DNA from: an uncultured Methanomicrobiaceae archaeon
Lineage (GTDB): Archaea > Halobacteriota > Methanomicrobia > Methanomicrobiales > Methanoculleaceae
Length of the DNA stretch: 64,000 bases
Assembly: GCA_963826525.1 (NCBI GenBank)
Contig: CAWGXH010000004.1
Location: 896,001 to 960,000, forward strand
Direction: 5' to 3'
The notes beneath the pieces were generated by a model. That model saw only the letters and a list, made by a program, of their open reading frames with translations, ran no database searches and was not told the DNA's origin. A program made the translations under genes and the position numbers. Positions 45,486 to 55,546 of the stretch are shown in pieces (positions within the stretch are counted from its first letter, which is position 1; every line of letters begins with the position of its first letter).

Positions 45486-45958
45486 ATGGACGGTCTGGAT
45501 ATCAATGTCGGGTTTAGTGTGTTTCCGCAGAAGTATACCTGCGATGGAACGAATGTATCGCCGCGTATCGAGATCAGGGGGCTCAAGACGCCGTATTTTG
45601 CCGTCATTCTGGAAGACCCGGATGTACCCGGGGAACATTTACCCACTGGCTCATCTGGAACGTCGCCAGCAGCGGAACCCTTCCGGAGGGACTGCCTGCC
45701 AGAGGGAAGATTACGGATCCCGTTACCGCAGTGCAGGGCAGAAATGACCACGGTACCGTCGGCTACCACGGGCCGTGCCCGCCGCGGGAGTCGACGCACC
45801 GGTACTTCTTCCGTGTTTACGGCGTCCGGGAGGAGATCGATCTCGGCCCCGGAGCAGACAGGGTTGCCCTTGAAGAGGCGCTGAAGGATCTCATCGAGCA
45901 GTACGGGGAGGCGATGGCGGCGTACGGGAGGAAGATCGGGGCCTTATCCGGAGCATAG
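45486..45958 (+). CDS. YbhB/YbcL (PEBP) protein 1 (-1 frameshift in G run ~45630)
   Basis: YTCDG..VSP, DPD, FTHW, GND.G..GY.GPCPP, HRY. Confidence 0.88.
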
Positions 45959-46071
45959 CCTCTCCTCGCCCTTCCCGGTCATGGGTGCTCCACAGGAGCG
46001 TTCTTTCGCTTCGGTGCAGAACTGTTTTATACCAGGTCTCCCCTCCGGGACACCTCAAGGAGGTACACTGT

Positions 46072-46548
46072 ATGGATGGTCTTAACGTGCGGCTTGATTT
46101 TGAACATTTTCCCCGGAAATATACCTGTGACGGTGAGGGCATCTCACCCGGCATAACTATTGAAGGTCTGCTGGCTCCCTATCTCGCCATCATTCTCGAC
46201 GATCCGGACTCTTCCGGCGGGACGTTCACGCACTGGCTCATCTGGAATATTCAGGCGACCGATCGTATTCCCGAGGGTATTCCCCCGCTCGGAAAGATCG
46301 GCTATCCTATTTCGGCCGTGCAGGGGACGAACGATTTTTCGCGAACGGGATACGGCGGCCCCTGCCCTGCACGGGGCGAGTCGCACCGTTACTTTATCAG
46401 AGCCTACGGGGTGCCGGTGCTGCTCGATCTGCCCCCGAACTCGACCCGGATTGATCTTGAGGCTCTCCTCAGGGGGACCGCAACGCAGTACGGTGAGACG
46501 ATGGCTCTCTGCAAACGGGAGCGGGTGCCGGCAGCCCCGGGGCAGTAA
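46072..46548 (+). CDS. YbhB/YbcL (PEBP) protein 2
   Basis: YTCDG, DDPD, FTHW, GPCP, HRY. Confidence 0.92.
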   Translation: MDGLNVRLDFEHFPRKYTCDGEGISPGITIEGLLAPYLAIILDDPDSSGGTFTHWLIWNIQATDRIPEGIPPLGKIGYPISAVQGTNDFSRTGYGGPCPARGESHRYFIRAYGVPVLLDLPPNSTRIDLEALLRGTATQYGETMALCKRERVPAAPGQ

Positions 46549-46616
46549 CGCACCTTCCGGGTTCCGCTCCGGTATCCGCCATTCCCTTTTTAAACTCCTG
46601 CGATGCATCTCCTGCT

Positions 46617-47084
46617 ATGGCTGCTGCTGTTGAAAAACTGACCGTCTCCCTGCCGTCCGCGGAGTTTCGTATATGGAATACCTGTGACGGCGCCGATCTC
46701 TCGCCCGAGCTCCGCATCGGTCGCCTTAAGCCGGATGTCCGGTCACTCGCGGTCTTTGCACTGAATCCTGCAGAGCAGGGCTGCTCCTTCACCTCCTGGA
46801 TCGCGTGGAATATCGAACCGTCGCCCCTCATCCCGGAGGGTATCCCGACGCAGGGCGTCGTGACCACCCCGGTGAACGTCGTGCAGGGAACGAACGATTA
46901 CGGCATGCTCGGGTATCGCGGCCCGTGCCCCCCAAAGGGAGAGACGCACCGCTATCACTTCAAGGTCTACGGTCTCGATGCCCTGCTGGAGCTTCCCGCC
47001 GGCGCCACCAAGCACGAGCTGATCGAGGCGATGAAGGGGCATGTGCTCCAGTTTGGCGATACCGTGGCGATATATGGGCGGTGA
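46617..47084 (+). CDS. YbhB/YbcL (PEBP) protein 3, degenerate pocket
   Basis: TCDG..LSP, GPCPP, HRY retained; DPD->LNP, HW->SW. Confidence 0.88.
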   Translation: MAAAVEKLTVSLPSAEFRIWNTCDGADLSPELRIGRLKPDVRSLAVFALNPAEQGCSFTSWIAWNIEPSPLIPEGIPTQGVVTTPVNVVQGTNDYGMLGYRGPCPPKGETHRYHFKVYGLDALLELPAGATKHELIEAMKGHVLQFGDTVAIYGR

Positions 47085-47193
47085 TGCCGCTTTTCCTCCT
47101 GGCCGTTCTGGAGGAACAGGACTCCCGGTATCGCCGGATTGATACCAATCCTTTTATAGTATGCTCCGCAATCGGGGAGCGGAGCGTGATAGG

Positions 47194-47649
47194 ATGCATC
47201 CGTTGACGGTGACACTGGAATTCGAAGATTTCCCGGATACGCATACCTGCAGCGGCGAGGACTCCTCCCCGCGGATCATAGTGGAGGGCGTGCTGTCGAA
47301 CATCAAGTCCCTTGCCGTCGTGGCGACGAGCAGTCCTGAAGAGGGGCCTTCGAAGACCTCGTGGGTAATGTGGAATATCGAGCCTGCCGGGACGATCCCG
47401 GCGGGAATACCGAACGATGAGGTGGTATCCTCTCCAGTCCGGTGCGTTCAGGGGAGAAACGACTTCGGCACCATCGGGTACCGGGGACCGTGTCCGGGGC
47501 ATGGAGAGACGGAGGCGTACCTCTTCCGGGTATATGCTCTTGACCTCGCTCTCCATCTGCCGCCCGGCGCGACCTGGGAGGAGCTGGTCAGGGCTATGGA
47601 GGGCTCGGTGAATCAGACCGGCGAGGCGGTCGTGCTCCGCACGGGCTGA
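47194..47649 (+). CDS. YbhB/YbcL (PEBP) protein 4, degenerate pocket
   Basis: TCSG..SSP, NDFG..GY.GPCP; lacks DPD, HW and HRY (EAY). Confidence 0.85.
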   Translation: MHPLTVTLEFEDFPDTHTCSGEDSSPRIIVEGVLSNIKSLAVVATSSPEEGPSKTSWVMWNIEPAGTIPAGIPNDEVVSSPVRCVQGRNDFGTIGYRGPCPGHGETEAYLFRVYALDLALHLPPGATWEELVRAMEGSVNQTGEAVVLRTG

Positions 47650-47783
47650 CCGGGATACGGAGGGTGTCAGGTACGCCGGCACTCCCCGTTCCCGCGTTTC
47701 AGGAGCGGAGCGGCGATTACAAGCGTTACGATAAGGTTGCCCGTCGCCCGGCCGATAGCCTGTGAGTGTGCCCTGTTCTCCGC

Positions 47784-48215
47784 CTAACGTGGCAGCGGAG
47801 GGCTCTGCTTTTCGATAGTATGTGCGAGTTTTGCCATCTCGTCGCTCAGCAGGCGGATCATATCGTCCTGGGTGACGATGCCGATCAGTCTGCCGTTGTC
47901 GTCGACGATCGGCATTCTCCGTATGCCCTCCCGTGTAACCTTCTCGATCGCCTCGTAGACGCCGATGTCGTCCTTGAACGTAACCAGATCTTTCGTCATG
48001 ATCTCTTCTGCCGTCACATCCTCCGGCCTCATGCCCTTTGCGACGATCCTGACCACGAGGTCGCGATCGGTTACGATTCCGGCGGGTCTGTCCTCGCCGG
48101 TAATGACCATGACACTCCCGACATTTTTGGTGTCCATGATTTTGGCAATCTCGACGGCCGGTGTGTCCGGCGAGACTGCCACAACCTCTTCTCTACAACA
48201 CTGTATAAGTCCCAT
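47784..48215 (-). CDS. Stand-alone CBS-pair protein
   Basis: GIVTDRD and GIVT.DD motifs. Confidence 0.92.
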   Translation of the reverse strand: MGLIQCCREEVVAVSPDTPAVEIAKIMDTKNVGSVMVITGEDRPAGIVTDRDLVVRIVAKGMRPEDVTAEEIMTKDLVTFKDDIGVYEAIEKVTREGIRRMPIVDDNGRLIGIVTQDDMIRLLSDEMAKLAHTIEKQSPPLPR

Positions 48216-48351
48216 GATGTGAACTCCACCGCCACTGATCGTGAAATGCTATATTAAAGTAACCCGCCCTGCCACCGCTCGTGTAAAGGTGCCGGGAGAC
48301 CATCCCGCACGACACCGCGGACGAAACGGAGAGAGCACACGGGTGGCACTC

Positions 48352-48619
48352 CAGAAAAATAGCGCGAGCCCGATGCAGGCTCGTGAACCCCATCCCCTCG
48401 TAGAGCGTTTCCCTCCGGGTACTCATCCTCCGGTCTGATTACTGCTGCCCGACACCGTCCGAACCTGACCGTTCTCGATGGTCAGTGTAGCGTCGGGTGG
48501 GAGCCACCTCGCGGTTGTACGGTCCCGTCGGCGTTCATGCCTGTGTGCGCCAGAGGATGTTTACACCTCGGGCAATCGGCTGTCGCTCCGGGATCCCCTG
48601 CCGGGGAGAATGGGTTTGC
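48352..48619 (-). ncRNA. Candidate structured non-coding RNA (~265 nt), family not recognised
   Basis: Own TATA (48640-48647), 5'/3' closing helix, several internal helices with G.U pairs favouring the minus strand, hairpin + T tract at 3' end, no credible ORF. Confidence 0.55.
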
Positions 48620-48676
48620 TCCACGCCGCTCTCCTACGCATTTATATGACTGCACGGGGAGACTCTCATCTATCGA

Positions 48677-49603
48677 ATGGACTGGATTGCAATTCTCCTG
48701 ATCGTGGCAGGGCTCTGTCTCTTCGAGACGATATCGAGCATCGATAATGCCATCATCAATGCCGAGGTGCTCTCGACGATGCAGGAGAGGGCGCGGCGGT
48801 GGTTTCTTGTATGGGGCCTCCTCCTTGCGGTTTTTGTCGTCCGCGGCCTCCTCCCCTGGCTTATCGTCTGGGTGGCGACGCCTTCGCTTGGACCTATTGG
48901 AGCGCTCTTTGCGACCTTCTCAAGCGATCCGGCTGTGATAGAGGCGATCGAAGCATCTTCGCCGATCCTCCTGATCGGGGGCGGAACGTTCCTCGTCTTC
49001 CTCTTCTTCCACTGGCTCTTTGTGGAGGAGAAGAACTTCGGCCTCCCGGGAGAGCAATTCTTTTCGCGGCAGAGCGTCTGGTTCTTTGCGGTCGTCTCGA
49101 TCCTGCTCTCCGGTATCGTCTGGTTCGCCCTGCAGCAGAACCTCCTGATGGGGTTCGGGGCAGTTGTCGGCTCAACGGCGTTCTTCATCGTCCACGGGTT
49201 CCGGCAGAACGCCGAGGCGCAGGAGGCCAGGCTCACCGACCGGAACCTCTCCGATGTATCCAAAATCTTCTACCTCGAGGTCATAGACGCGACGTTCTCC
49301 ATCGACGGCGTCGTCGGAGCGTTCGCATTCACCCTCGCCGTCCCCCTGATCCTGATCGGCAACGGCCTTGGGGCAGTCATCGTGCGGGAGCTTACTATCC
49401 GGAACATCGAGCGAATTACGTGTTACCTGTACCTCAAAAACGGGGCGATGTACTCGATCGTCGTCCTCGGGACGATCATGATCCTGGACAGTTTCGGCAT
49501 CCCCATCCCGGTATGGCTCGCCCCGGCAGTAACGTTCATCATCGTCGGGTACTTTTTCTACAAGTCGGCACGGTGCCGCGTGGAGCGCGGAACGGAGGCC
49601 TGA
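48677..49603 (+). CDS. DUF475/TerC-like membrane protein
   Basis: E.ISSIDNA, LEVIDATFS.DGV.GAFA, Y.YLK.GA. Confidence 0.88.
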   Translation: MDWIAILLIVAGLCLFETISSIDNAIINAEVLSTMQERARRWFLVWGLLLAVFVVRGLLPWLIVWVATPSLGPIGALFATFSSDPAVIEAIEASSPILLIGGGTFLVFLFFHWLFVEEKNFGLPGEQFFSRQSVWFFAVVSILLSGIVWFALQQNLLMGFGAVVGSTAFFIVHGFRQNAEAQEARLTDRNLSDVSKIFYLEVIDATFSIDGVVGAFAFTLAVPLILIGNGLGAVIVRELTIRNIERITCYLYLKNGAMYSIVVLGTIMILDSFGIPIPVWLAPAVTFIIVGYFFYKSARCRVERGTEA

Positions 49604-50980
49604 TCCGGATTCTTCCACCTTTCACTATCCGGCAGAGGTGCAGGGGGGCACTCTTTCGGGACGGTTGTTTTCTTCCACCTGAATTGCTCCAGTGTTTCTT
49701 CGATCCGCCGGCGGAGCCACTCCTGGTCGAATTCCGAGTGGTACAGAAAATGTACTTCGTTCGCCGAGTCCCAGTCGCTGTCGGGGTCCACATCAGCAGT
49801 CCGCTCAAAGAGCGGAGAGCCCGGGAGCGGGACCGGGACATTGATCGAGATTTCATCAAGCGGAAGCGTGAGTGCGTGCGTCAGTGTCTGTTCGATCGAA
49901 CCGACCGTCTCACCCGGATACCCGACGATAAAGAATCCTGCAGTCCGTATGCCGGCACTGCGGTAGACCTGCACCGCCCGGACACCGTCGGCGACGGTTA
50001 TCCGCTTCTTCATGAGTGCGAGGGTTGCATCGCTCCCCGACTCGAGACCCAGATACACGCGGACGCACCCGGCCCGGTGCATGATTGCAGCGAGTTCATC
50101 CGAGATCCGATCGACGCGGGAGAGGCATGTCCAGGTGATACCAAGCCCCTGGCGGATCTTCTCACGGCAGAAAGCCCGGAGGTAGGTGATATCAAGGGTA
50201 AACGAGTCGTCAGCGATCCAGAGGCGGTCGTATCCGAGATCTTCGATGGCCCTGATCTCCGCGAAAATCCTGCTCAGGGATGCCTTCCGGTATACATTTC
50301 CCCAGACCGGTTTTGAACAGAAATCGCATGAATACGGACATCCCCGGGTGAGGATGATATTCGTCTGCCTGCATCCGTCCGTCTCCTGCCAGTGCTGCTG
50401 GTAGCGGTGATGGTCGAACCTGCTCCGATCCGGCAGGGGGAGGGCATCCAGCATCTCGGCCGGATTATGCACCGGGGGAACACTGACGGTACCTGCCGCC
50501 CGAGCGCCGGTAGAGCCCGGGATACCCGGTAAGCGGGAGGCGGGAGAGCGCTTCCGGCGTTCCCCCGGCATCGGTGTAATCACGGCAGAAACGGGCAAAC
50601 GTCAGATCGGCCTCTCCGCGGAAGACAAGATCGAAGGCTCCCGCAAATCGGTCGGGGTAGACGGTCGGAAGCGGTCCTCCGGTGGTGAAGAGGGTGTCGT
50701 CGAGCCTCGTGCGGAGCTCACCGAGGATCTCAAGAGCGTTTCTGCTCATGCTGATCATCACGTACATACCGACAATCGACGGATTGTCTGCCGCAATCTC
50801 ATCGATCACCTCCGGCACCTCTCTGAAAGTGCAGTCATATACTCTGACCGGGATGCCGACTGCAGTAAGCTGGCTGGCCAGGTAGGCGATCCCGAGGGGT
50901 GGAAAGAGTTTCCGGACGGGATCCCGATCGTTGAAGTAGGGATACACGAGAGCGACCGGCCGCCAGCCTTCCCGGTTCAT
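49558..50980 (-). CDS. B12-binding radical SAM protein (frameshift ~50490)
   Basis: PPLGIAYLA, GG.LPT, RGEA, TRGCPYSCDFC, GLESG, FIVGYPGET. Confidence 0.88.
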
Positions 50981-51948
50981 TCCGTCCTCCCGCTGCTGTC
51001 AAAGGCGACCGTATACCTGCAGTCGACCTGCCGGGTGCCAGCAGGAGGCTCGAGTTCGATCTCGAACCCCGCCCAGCAGATGTCGTGCGTGCGCTCCCGC
51101 CCCCAGTACACGCGGTGGTCGACGGTATCGCTCGTCGCTATGTCGGAGATTTGGAATACAAGCCGGTGCTCCGGGTCATACAGCGCCACCGGGGTTCCGC
51201 CCGGGAGCACCTCCCAGCCCGGCGGGGGGTCGGTGGGTTCTCCGTTTCGCCATCCTGCACGGAATACGTCAGCCCCAAGTTCGTTGAGGAGATAGATTCG
51301 GGGCAGTCGGTCATGCAGGGCGTGGATTCTGCAGGAGATCTCGATTTTCGTGCCCCGAATAAAGTACTCGACTACGATCACGGCTATCGGCGGGACGGCA
51401 ACCGAAACCGGCCGTATCCGACCGATGGTGCGAAAGAGGGCGCCAAAAGGCAGGAAGATCTGCAGTGGGGGTACGTGCATGTAGATCTTCCCGATCCTGC
51501 CGAAGAACCGGGTGAGTGCATGAGACGGCCGCCCGAGTACACCCCACGCGAGCCGTGTATCTATGTGGAATATCTTGACCACCCGGCCTTCTTCGGCCGT
51601 TTCCGTTTCACAAGAACGACAGAAGTAGGTATTTCGCTCGGTCTTCAGAGCCGGGCTGCACAGGCCCATACCGTCCTGGGTGAGATTCTGCCCCCCTGCC
51701 AGAGCGACAAGAAGTCCCCTGGCAAGACCCGTTGATTTTCCGGAACCCCGGTAGGAGTCATCGCTGAAGATCGTGAGGCCTTGCAGGGTGGATGTATCTT
51801 CCGGGAGTTCCGCAGATTCATAATCCCGGTGCGTTTCGAAATCCTGCTCAAAAAGTGGCTTTGCAGACGGTGGTGGGGACACCCATGAATCGGCTGCCGG
51901 GCGAATAGATCCACCCCTCTGAAATCCGCCTTCCTCGCCCCATTTCAT
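50977..51948 (-). CDS. Hypothetical protein coupled to the B12 radical SAM gene (start uncertain)
   Basis: 323-aa ORF; stop overlaps the radical SAM ATG. Confidence 0.65.
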   Translation of the reverse strand: MKWGEEGGFQRGGSIRPAADSWVSPPPSAKPLFEQDFETHRDYESAELPEDTSTLQGLTIFSDDSYRGSGKSTGLARGLLVALAGGQNLTQDGMGLCSPALKTERNTYFCRSCETETAEEGRVVKIFHIDTRLAWGVLGRPSHALTRFFGRIGKIYMHVPPLQIFLPFGALFRTIGRIRPVSVAVPPIAVIVVEYFIRGTKIEISCRIHALHDRLPRIYLLNELGADVFRAGWRNGEPTDPPPGWEVLPGGTPVALYDPEHRLVFQISDIATSDTVDHRVYWGRERTHDICWAGFEIELEPPAGTRQVDCRYTVAFDSSGRTE

Positions 51949-52013
51949 TCAAGGGTGAAACATTCGGAAAAATATATAATAATATCTCTCTATCGAGGAG
52001 TTCGGTCTCCCTC

Positions 52014-54713
52014 CTACCCGGCGGTACGTGCCCGATTCTGCACCTTTTTCCTTCTGATATGCGCCTTATATGCCTCGTGGCTGACAAAGAGCAGGATTGG
52101 GAAGGGCACCAGGATCAGCAGGTACTCCGGTGGTACGAATGCGGTGTTGAATATGAACTGCACCGGCGGGAACAGGAGGAGCAGGACGATCCAGAGGATC
52201 TCAAACCCTACTGCGGCGAGCAGGAGGCGGTTTGAAAAGAGGCCAAGGCTGAACGCCGGGAACTCCCATGACCTGAGCGTCCAGACGTTTGCGATCTGAC
52301 AGAAGATGGCACCGAGGAGTGTCATGGTCATCGCCTGGTAGTGGAGTGTAGTTCCGCTGATAGAAAGGTCACCGTCCTGCCATCCAGAGAGGAAGAGGAA
52401 ACCCAGAAATCCTGTCATCGCCGCAGCCGCCTCTATCATGCCGAGGAAGGCATATCCGCGTTTGAAGACCTCGCGGTCGAGGATCCGCTCATTCTTCCCG
52501 ACCGGTGGCCGATCCATGATGTCCTCTTCCGGCTGCTCCTTTCCAAGCGAAAGCCCGGGCAGCAGGTCGGTTCCGAGATCGATGGAGAGGATCTGGATGA
52601 CGGAGAGCGGGAGCGGGATCGCGAGGAAGAACTGCAGAATGTAGGGGATGATCTCGGGCATATTGGACGAGAGGATATAGGTGACGAACTTCTTGATGTT
52701 GTAGTAAACCGTCCTCCCCTCTTCGATCGCCGCCACGATCGATGCGAAATTATCGTCGAGCAGGATGATGTCGGCAGCCTCCTTTGCAACTTCCGTTCCC
52801 CGCTCTCCCATTGCAACGCCGATATCCGCTCTCCGGAGCGCTGGAGCGTCGTTTACCCCGTCGCCGGTCATGGCTACCACCTCGCCGTTCCGCTGCAGGA
52901 TGTCGGTGATCCGCAGCTTCTGGTCGGACGGCATCCGGGCAAAGAGGAGATCCTCTGTTCTGAGAATATCCCCGAGTTCGTCGTCTGAGTAGTCCAGAAT
53001 CTCGTCGCCGGTGATTGCCCTATCCACCGGAAGCCCGATTGTGTCGGCGATCGCCATCGCCGTGAACGGCGAGTCGCCGGTGAGGATCATCACCCGGACA
53101 CCGGCCCTCCGGCACGCCTCTACGGCACCGGGCACCTCCGCGCGCGGGAGATCCATGAATGCAACAAGACCAAGACAGATGAGATCGCTCTCATCCTCGC
53201 CCTCTTTATACGCGACTGCCAGCACCCGGTATGCTTCCTTCTCAAACTCCTCGGCACGGGAGAGGAGGCGGCTCTGCATCTCCTCATCGAGGATCCGTAC
53301 CTCGTTGTTTTCATCGAGATAGTAGCCTGACTTGCCGAAGATCACCTCCGGAGCGCCCTTTGAGAAGATGTATCTCCGGTCGCCTCTCCGGTAGACGGTC
53401 GACATCATCTTCCGGTCGCTGGTGAACGGGATCTCACCGATCTTCTCGTAGTCTGAGACATCGATATCGGCCTTGCGTGCCGCAGCAACGATGGCAAGTT
53501 CGGTCGGATCTCCGAAGATCGTATTCTCTCCGATCATCGCCCGGGAGTCCAGCAACCCGGATGTGAGGAAGAACCGCAACCGTTCCTGCGAACCTCCCAC
53601 CTCCTGCATGAAGGTGAACTCCCCTTTCTGGAAGTAACCCTCGCCGGTGATCGTGATCTCCTCACCGCTCGTCAGGTAGATCTGCCGTGCCGTCATCTCG
53701 CTGCGGGTCAGGGTGCCGGTCTTGTCGGTGCAGATGACCGTCGCGCTCCCGAGCGTCTGGACGGCGTCGAGGTTCTTCACGAGGGCGTTTCTCCTGGCCA
53801 TCCGCTGGCTGCCGAGGGAGAGGGAGAGCGTGATGGTAGGGAGCATCCCCTCGGGAACATTCGCGACAATCAGCGAGAGTGCGAAGATCGCGGCGACGAG
53901 GAGCCCCCTCCCGGAGAGAAAACCGAGGATAAAAAATATCGCTCCGGCCAGCAGTGCGGCGAGGGTGAGGATGCGGGTGATCCTGACGATCTCAAGCTGC
54001 ATCGGGGTCGGCCGTTTCGTCACTTCCTTTGAGAGTTTTGCGATCTTCCCGAACTCCGTCGCCATCCCGGTGGCAAAGACGGCCGCGACTCCGTTTCCCG
54101 AGACCACCGTGGTGCCGGCGAAGACGATGTTCCGGCTTTCAAGAAGTCGTTTTGCCTCGCTCGGCTCCGCTGTTCGCTTTACGGGGCGCGACTCCCCGGT
54201 GAGGGTTGCCATATCGACATACAGGGAGTTCGCTTCGAGCACAACGGCATCGGCGGCGATCTTATCCCCTTCTTCCAGGATCAGGATGTCTCCGGGAACA
54301 ATTATCCTGGCCTCGATCTTCTCGATGACCCCGTTCCTGCGGACGCTGACTCGTGGCGGAATAAGTTTTAAAAGCGCTTCAACCGTCCGTTCCGCCTTGT
54401 ACTCCTGCCAGAACGTGAAGGTGGCATTGACGATGACGGCACCGAGGACGGCTATGCCGAGGATACCATAGCCCTCGCCGGGAGAATAGATGTCGGCTAT
54501 AAATGAGAGTACTGCCGCGACTTCGAGGAGAACGGCAAAGAAGCTGGTATACTGTCTGGCGTACTCGATAACGTAGTTCTTTCGCTTTGCTCTCTCGACC
54601 TCGTTATACCCGAAGGTTGTCAGTCTCGTCTCGACCTCGTTCCCGCGAAGGCCATCCTCCCTGGTGTTGAGATGAGTGAGGTTCTCTTCCTTTGATTGGG
54701 AATAGACGGACAT
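52014..54713 (-). CDS. Cation-transporting P-type ATPase (type II)
   Basis: TGES, ANVPEG, DKTGTLT, KGAPE, TGD, GDGVND. Confidence 0.95.
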   Translation of the reverse strand: MSVYSQSKEENLTHLNTREDGLRGNEVETRLTTFGYNEVERAKRKNYVIEYARQYTSFFAVLLEVAAVLSFIADIYSPGEGYGILGIAVLGAVIVNATFTFWQEYKAERTVEALLKLIPPRVSVRRNGVIEKIEARIIVPGDILILEEGDKIAADAVVLEANSLYVDMATLTGESRPVKRTAEPSEAKRLLESRNIVFAGTTVVSGNGVAAVFATGMATEFGKIAKLSKEVTKRPTPMQLEIVRITRILTLAALLAGAIFFILGFLSGRGLLVAAIFALSLIVANVPEGMLPTITLSLSLGSQRMARRNALVKNLDAVQTLGSATVICTDKTGTLTRSEMTARQIYLTSGEEITITGEGYFQKGEFTFMQEVGGSQERLRFFLTSGLLDSRAMIGENTIFGDPTELAIVAAARKADIDVSDYEKIGEIPFTSDRKMMSTVYRRGDRRYIFSKGAPEVIFGKSGYYLDENNEVRILDEEMQSRLLSRAEEFEKEAYRVLAVAYKEGEDESDLICLGLVAFMDLPRAEVPGAVEACRRAGVRVMILTGDSPFTAMAIADTIGLPVDRAITGDEILDYSDDELGDILRTEDLLFARMPSDQKLRITDILQRNGEVVAMTGDGVNDAPALRRADIGVAMGERGTEVAKEAADIILLDDNFASIVAAIEEGRTVYYNIKKFVTYILSSNMPEIIPYILQFFLAIPLPLSVIQILSIDLGTDLLPGLSLGKEQPEEDIMDRPPVGKNERILDREVFKRGYAFLGMIEAAAAMTGFLGFLFLSGWQDGDLSISGTTLHYQAMTMTLLGAIFCQIANVWTLRSWEFPAFSLGLFSNRLLLAAVGFEILWIVLLLLFPPVQFIFNTAFVPPEYLLILVPFPILLFVSHEAYKAHIRRKKVQNRARTAG

Positions 54714-54976
54714 GACAGGTACCCCGGATGCGGCGTTGGTTGATCTCCACCTTCAGGCGCCTGATCTTATATGAATTGGCCGTCTTCGGAATTTTCCAGA
54801 GACCATGTCGGGAACGGTATGGCAGAGGTGCCCCTTTCAGCCCGTGGTGGTCGGGACTTGTTGCGGCGGCGGTGCGGCCGACGAGGTGAGAACGTTTCTC
54901 CTTCGCAGCATTCAGCCACTCTCTTTCTTCCGCCCCAAAAAAGATTTTAATACTTCTCTACACACGGAATACCTTC

Positions 54977-55546
54977 ATGAAGAGATCTTTTGGTCCCCGA
55001 ACGCTGCTCTACCCGCACCCCGACCTGATCGTCGGGACATACGGCCGGGATGGGCGGCCGAACGTAATGGCAGCCGCATGGGGTGGTATCTGCTCCTCGA
55101 GGCCGCCTGCTATCGCGGTTTCACTGCAGAAAGCCCGCCACTCCTACGATGCCATCGTGGAGAGACAGGCATTCACCGTCAGCATCCCCTCTGCCGACTA
55201 CGTAAAAGAAGCCGATTATTTCGGCATCGCATCCGGGAAGGATGCGGATAAGTTTGCAGCGACGAACCTCACGCCCGTGAAGAGCGACCTTGTAGACGCT
55301 CCGTATGTCGGGGAGTTCCCGGTGGTGCTCGAGTGCCGCCTCCTCAAGACCGTGGAGATCGGTGTCCACACCCAGTTCATCGGCGAGATACTCGACGTAA
55401 AAATCGATGAGAGCGTTCTTGACGAGGATGGCAAGCCGGATGTTGCAAAGATCCGTCCCTTCGCGTACGATTCGGCGCGCATGGAGTACTACGGTTTCGG
55501 AGAGGTGCTGGCGAAGGCAGTCTCCGCGGGTAGGGAGTTCCTTTAA
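54977..55546 (+). CDS. Flavin reductase / flavoredoxin family
   Basis: PN.MAAAW, FG..SG...DK, ECRL, G.HT.FIGEI. Confidence 0.9.
   Translation: MKRSFGPRTLLYPHPDLIVGTYGRDGRPNVMAAAWGGICSSRPPAIAVSLQKARHSYDAIVERQAFTVSIPSADYVKEADYFGIASGKDADKFAATNLTPVKSDLVDAPYVGEFPVVLECRLLKTVEIGVHTQFIGEILDVKIDESVLDEDGKPDVAKIRPFAYDSARMEYYGFGEVLAKAVSAGREFL

Noticed and set aside
48193-48426. 77-aa ORF starting inside the structured RNA
   Set aside because: SD abuts the ATG with no spacing, the ORF crosses the terminator, composition is atypical and it overlaps the CBS start
48352-48619. SRP RNA, RNase P RNA or hammerhead ribozyme
   Set aside because: Only partial look-alikes (GGTCAGGTTCGGA; GATGAG...GAAAC); the full conserved cores are absent
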